Assembly (NCBI GenBank): GCA_039091855.1
Contig: JAWCLA010000003.1
Coordinates: forward strand, 16,976 to 46,614
Length of the DNA: 29,639 nucleotides
Source of the DNA: Candidatus Aenigmatarchaeota archaeon
GTDB lineage: Archaea > Aenigmatarchaeota > Aenigmatarchaeia > QMZP01
Direction: 5' to 3'
Made by a program: the position numbers and the translations under genes. Within the stretch, counting starts at the first letter, position 1. Every line of letters starts with the position of its first letter. Below the pieces are notes generated by a model. The model was not told the DNA's origin and searched no databases. It was given only the letters and a program-made list of their open reading frames with translations. Positions 25,809 through 29,639 of the stretch are shown one piece after another.

Positions 25809-28034
25809 ATGAAAAAATCCCAAGCAGAAATCATAATTATCGCTGGTGTGTTTCTTCTCGCCGTCGTTATTGTTTATTATGCTGTTTCTGGCGGTTTCAG
25901 GGCAACAAACATCCCTGAAAGCGTGTATCAAAAACAGAAATCTGTTCAGCAGTCATTCATAGATATGGTAAGGGCGGGCTCTTACAAAACGTTAAGAGTG
26001 ATGGAAACACACGGGGGTTATCCAACAATAGAACTTCTTGGGAACGGAACCTATGAGATACCTGAGTTTGTTGTTTTCGCTGGCGAAGGCATTCCGTATT
26101 GGGTAAAATGCCAACACAATCTTTCCCCTTCGAAAAATGAGGTAAAAAAATGGTTTGAGGCATCTGTTGAAAACTACATAAAAACACACATAAAAGAAGT
26201 GTCTGATAAGTACAAAAATGTCAGCTTTGACATATCAAAACTTTCGGTTTCGGCTAACATATTGAGCAATCCAACAAAAGTAGAGATAACAGTGAATCTT
26301 CCTACGAAGGTTGATGGTTATTCTATCCAGAACCCTCTTTATCCTTACAAGACAAGCCTTGAAACAAAATTTGGCGAGATTCTTGATTTTGCTGCTGATT
26401 TATCGAAGGCACAGTCCTCGAAGAGGTTTCTTGAGATTTTTACAATCGCCTCTATTTACATGTCAAAGGATGACAAAGACGGGCACCCCAAGCTTCCTAC
26501 AGGAGGATTCATGACAAACTGCGGTGAAACGATATACAGGACGCCTGAAAAAATATCGGCATACTTGAAGGAGATTGCAGAATATGTTGTAACGCAGGTT
26601 CTCTGGTGGCAAGATATGCCTGTTGACCTAGCAAAGCCAAAGGTTTACGCAATAAACAAGGAGATAATAGGAAAGGAATACAGAGACCTTGATATAAAAA
26701 TGTACCTGCCTGACGACTTTGAGTTTGAAACAAAAAGTCCCATAGTCATAACTAACACAAAACGTGCATATACAAGCATGTTCTGGACCGCTTATGACTG
26801 CCTTGGGGTATACAGTATGTCATATTCTGTTTCCTATCCTGTTATTGTAAGGGTTAAAGATCCCCTTTCTGGATATTTCTTTAATTTTGCTGTGCTCGTT
26901 TTTGTTGACAATGAAGGCAATAAGATGTCTCCTGGAAAATGCGAAAATATCGGTGCAGGAGCAGAAATTTGCAAGGACTTGAACTGTTACGCAAAGATAA
27001 AGGTTGTTGACGAGTTTGGAAATCCTCTGAAAGGAGCAGTCGCAACATTTGGAGATTGTGTTATTGGAACTTCTGATTCGTCTGGCTATATAGAAGGCAA
27101 GATAAAGTGCGGAAACTATGAGCTGAATATATACCTTAACTCAAGCTATGACTACTACAACAAAAATGTATCTTCATCTGAAATAAACAAAACTTATGTT
27201 CTTAGTTCAATCTCGAACTTCACGGCACATTTCAGGAAGGTTGAAATAACGGAATATGGAACTGACGCTTATGGAGAACCAATTAGCTGCAGGCCTTGTC
27301 AATATGGAAGTTCGTGCGTAGATTCATTAAACGCAATAAAATGCGTGATAGATAATGCAAATGACCATGTTTTGGTAGATCTTTACTCAAAGGATTATCC
27401 TGAAAGGATGTTTACATTAACAAACATAGATCCTGAAAGCATTCCTGACGACTGTATTGATAAAATGAATAGTTGTGTTGAGCAGTGTCAGAGCTCTCTT
27501 AACATTAATCAATGTTCTCAATGCGCATCGCAATGTTTAGGAAATGTACTTGATTCTATAAACATAAACTACATACCCTCAGGAAATTACTATGTCAATG
27601 CAACCTCTTTAAGTGTCAACATGATGAAGGAAACGGGCGGTTTCCTTTCAGATTACAATCTTAAATCCTCTTCAAAGGACATTTATTTCAACATACCAGA
27701 GGCTGCTTCCCCTGATTATAAGCTTTCGGAAAACAAAAAGCTATGCCTTGCACAAAAACTAAGGGAGTGTAATATAGAACCTGTTTCAGACACAGCTTAT
27801 CCAAAAACCACGCTTGTAACATCCTGCACTTGTGGAAACCTTTTGTCTGCACTGACTGATGTTGGGTGCCCTGTCAGCAGCATGTTCTGTACATGCCCAT
27901 CAGGTAGCTCCTATCCATCTGGCTGCGGTCAGTATTGTGATAATGATTACGTTCCGTGCGATACTTGCTGTCCTTTAAACACTGTGTTAAAATTTGCCTT
28001 GGATAACTGCAACACAAGGGTGATATGCAAATGA
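25809..28034 (+). CDS. Large Cys-rich exported protein with a class III (pilin-like) signal peptide and a carboxypeptidase-regulatory-like beta-sandwich
   Basis: Start at ATG 25809 after AGGT gives MKKS/QAEIIIIAGVFLLAVVIVYYAV; central IKVVDEFGNPLKGAVATFG...TSDSSGY; 32 Cys by manual count, concentrated in the C-terminal half. Confidence 0.8.
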   Translation: MKKSQAEIIIIAGVFLLAVVIVYYAVSGGFRATNIPESVYQKQKSVQQSFIDMVRAGSYKTLRVMETHGGYPTIELLGNGTYEIPEFVVFAGEGIPYWVKCQHNLSPSKNEVKKWFEASVENYIKTHIKEVSDKYKNVSFDISKLSVSANILSNPTKVEITVNLPTKVDGYSIQNPLYPYKTSLETKFGEILDFAADLSKAQSSKRFLEIFTIASIYMSKDDKDGHPKLPTGGFMTNCGETIYRTPEKISAYLKEIAEYVVTQVLWWQDMPVDLAKPKVYAINKEIIGKEYRDLDIKMYLPDDFEFETKSPIVITNTKRAYTSMFWTAYDCLGVYSMSYSVSYPVIVRVKDPLSGYFFNFAVLVFVDNEGNKMSPGKCENIGAGAEICKDLNCYAKIKVVDEFGNPLKGAVATFGDCVIGTSDSSGYIEGKIKCGNYELNIYLNSSYDYYNKNVSSSEINKTYVLSSISNFTAHFRKVEITEYGTDAYGEPISCRPCQYGSSCVDSLNAIKCVIDNANDHVLVDLYSKDYPERMFTLTNIDPESIPDDCIDKMNSCVEQCQSSLNINQCSQCASQCLGNVLDSININYIPSGNYYVNATSLSVNMMKETGGFLSDYNLKSSSKDIYFNIPEAASPDYKLSENKKLCLAQKLRECNIEPVSDTAYPKTTLVTSCTCGNLLSALTDVGCPVSSMFCTCPSGSSYPSGCGQYCDNDYVPCDTCCPLNTVLKFALDNCNTRVICK

Positions 28035-29639
28035 ACTGCAAGCTGATGGCTTTGGAGGTGTTTGCAATATTCACATCATACTTAGTTTTCTCTATCGCTT
28101 TCGTGTCTGCGACAAATGTAAAGATATACTACAATGGGATTTATCAATCTCCTTCTGTAAATTACAATCCACAATCCTTTATAAGCAAGGACATATCAAT
28201 TGATCCAGTGAGCCTTAATGTAAGGATAAATATAAAAAACGCGTCATCAGTACAGCTTGGAAAAATTTATGTTTACAAATGCAGGGGGCTTTCTCCTGGG
28301 TTGTGTGTGTCTGGTATTCAGCCTGAGATCGCAGAAGGTTCTTTTGATTCAACATACAGCTGGGCCGCACTTTCGGACAGGACGTCCGGCTATCCACAGA
28401 ATGCTAACATACTTGTGTTTGCAAGTGTTGATGGAAGCGTGCCCTTTTGGACAGGGTTTTTTTACAGGATAGAAAGAACCTCATCAGGCAATTTTGTTCC
28501 ATATGAATATAATGCTGATGAAATTGAGGTTCATGCAAAGGACTTAAGTGATGTTTCATTGATAAGAAGCTTTATTTCGTCAAGCAAATCAATACCCATT
28601 AATCCAAACTGGGTTGCGAAAATAGTTTTTCCTGTGGCAGAGGGTCTTTACATAATAAAAACAACATTTTCTGGAATACAAAGTTATCAGTTTTCAGCAT
28701 CAGAAATTTCCCAAAACCAGATTTCAGGAATGGATACTGATTATGGTTTTGTTTTTGCGAATTCTAGTGGCAGCATATTCAATCCTGTCACAATCTATCT
28801 TAATCCGGATTATATATGTGGAAATAGCAATTGCGAAACAGAAAAGGGAGAGACCCAAGCAAACTGCTGCCTGGATTGCTCCTGTCAGGCAGGATACTAT
28901 TGCGATACAACAGCCGGATGCAAACAAATATCAGGGATAACTCTTTCTTTATATGGAACGCAACAGACAAAGGTTAGCAATTGCTATCAGCAGCACACCA
29001 TTAACATAACTGTAAGGATAAACAACCCTCCAACGGGTATGTCGGTAACATCAACAGTATACAAGTTGGGAACAAACCCGTTCATTCAGACACAATGCTC
29101 TGGCGGGCAGCAAACAGGATACATCTTCAGCTGTCCTGTAATAGTTCCAGCCGTTCCTAACTGCAATGAGGGAACATACAGAGTGGGTCCTAATTTCATA
29201 AACTTCTCTATAACATATCCTGATGGAAAATCTCAGAAAACAAAAGTTCTTAGTGTACAATTTCCGGATATAACAATAGGCTCATTTTCCTGTGGAAACT
29301 TATTGTGTGAGGAATCTCTTGGTGAAACCCAGTCAAACTGCTGCTATGACTGTGGGTGCCCTTCTGGATACTGTAATGCAGACCAGATAAATCCTATAAA
29401 AGGCTCCTGCGAAACAGACCCTACCAATGCGAATCTTAATGTTGTTGGGCTTTTTCCATCAAATTTTTATACCCATCGCTCAGGAGATTCCGTAAGCTTT
29501 CTGGCGCAGATATCAAATGCTCCTGTTACAATTTCTAAATTCTACCCATCATGCTCAATATCCTGTTCAAGGAACGACGGGCAGCCTTGCTCTTCGAGTT
29601 GTAGTGTTTCCTGCTCAAAGAGTGAATCCTCTGACAATT
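28031..29639 (+). CDS. Large secreted Cys-rich repeat protein, N-terminal 536 aa (truncated by the window's 3' end)
   Basis: Manual translation from ATG 28031 (ATGA overlap with the upstream stop) has no stop to the window end: MNCKLMALEVFAIFTSYLVFSIAFVSA-TNVKIYYNG...; contains two CGNxxCExxxGETQxNCCxDCxC modules. Absent from the ORF track. Confidence 0.88.
   Translation, partial: MNCKLMALEVFAIFTSYLVFSIAFVSATNVKIYYNGIYQSPSVNYNPQSFISKDISIDPVSLNVRINIKNASSVQLGKIYVYKCRGLSPGLCVSGIQPEIAEGSFDSTYSWAALSDRTSGYPQNANILVFASVDGSVPFWTGFFYRIERTSSGNFVPYEYNADEIEVHAKDLSDVSLIRSFISSSKSIPINPNWVAKIVFPVAEGLYIIKTTFSGIQSYQFSASEISQNQISGMDTDYGFVFANSSGSIFNPVTIYLNPDYICGNSNCETEKGETQANCCLDCSCQAGYYCDTTAGCKQISGITLSLYGTQQTKVSNCYQQHTINITVRINNPPTGMSVTSTVYKLGTNPFIQTQCSGGQQTGYIFSCPVIVPAVPNCNEGTYRVGPNFINFSITYPDGKSQKTKVLSVQFPDITIGSFSCGNLLCEESLGETQSNCCYDCGCPSGYCNADQINPIKGSCETDPTNANLNVVGLFPSNFYTHRSGDSVSFLAQISNAPVTISKFYPSCSISCSRNDGQPCSSSCSVSCSKSESSDN
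28817..29410 (+). repeat. Intragenic protein-level repeat: two Cys-rich modules, 158-aa period
   Basis: CGNSNCETEKGETQANCCLDCSCQAGYYC (from 28817) and CGNLLCEESLGETQSNCCYDCGCPSGYC (from 29291). Confidence 0.85.

Noticed and set aside
28215..29260. Short ORFs listed in the last 1.6 kb, suggesting a non-coding or degraded region
   Set aside because: One uninterrupted + strand frame from 28031 to the window end explains the region.

Overview
Densely coded archaeal chromosomal window with no tRNA, rRNA, CRISPR array or mobile element visible. Short RpoL, archaeal-type AlaRS, near-absent intergenic DNA and the style of its membrane and class III signal peptide proteins suggest a DPANN-type lineage such as Aenigmarchaeota (inference). 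Most of the window concerns the cell envelope and N-glycosylation. It encodes phosphohexomutase plus a cupin, rpoL, the oligosaccharyltransferase AglB, two small membrane proteins, a ~1030-aa surface protein with about 59 N-glycosylation sequons, and secF-secD (SecD has a PDZ-like insert and two extra TM helices). Next come a geranylgeranyl reductase, the HMG-CoA synthase/thiolase/DUF35 mevalonate module, a WbpB/WbpE/WbpD-like diacetamido-sugar pathway with a divergent PIG-L deacetylase/ATP-grasp pair, an AglH-like GlcNAc-1-P transferase and a PHP protein. The right end holds a nitroreductase, a membrane-anchored CxxC protein, alaS, and the start of an operon of large Cys-rich secreted proteins. 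One of these has a pilin-like class III signal peptide; the next (28031 to the window end) is missing from the ORF track. The best novelty candidates are the deacetylase/ATP-grasp sugar-tailoring pair, the Cys-rich pilin-like surface operon, a PIP-box-like motif in the cytoplasmic tail of the glycoprotein, and tandem palindromic operator-like sites between the mevalonate and sugar genes.
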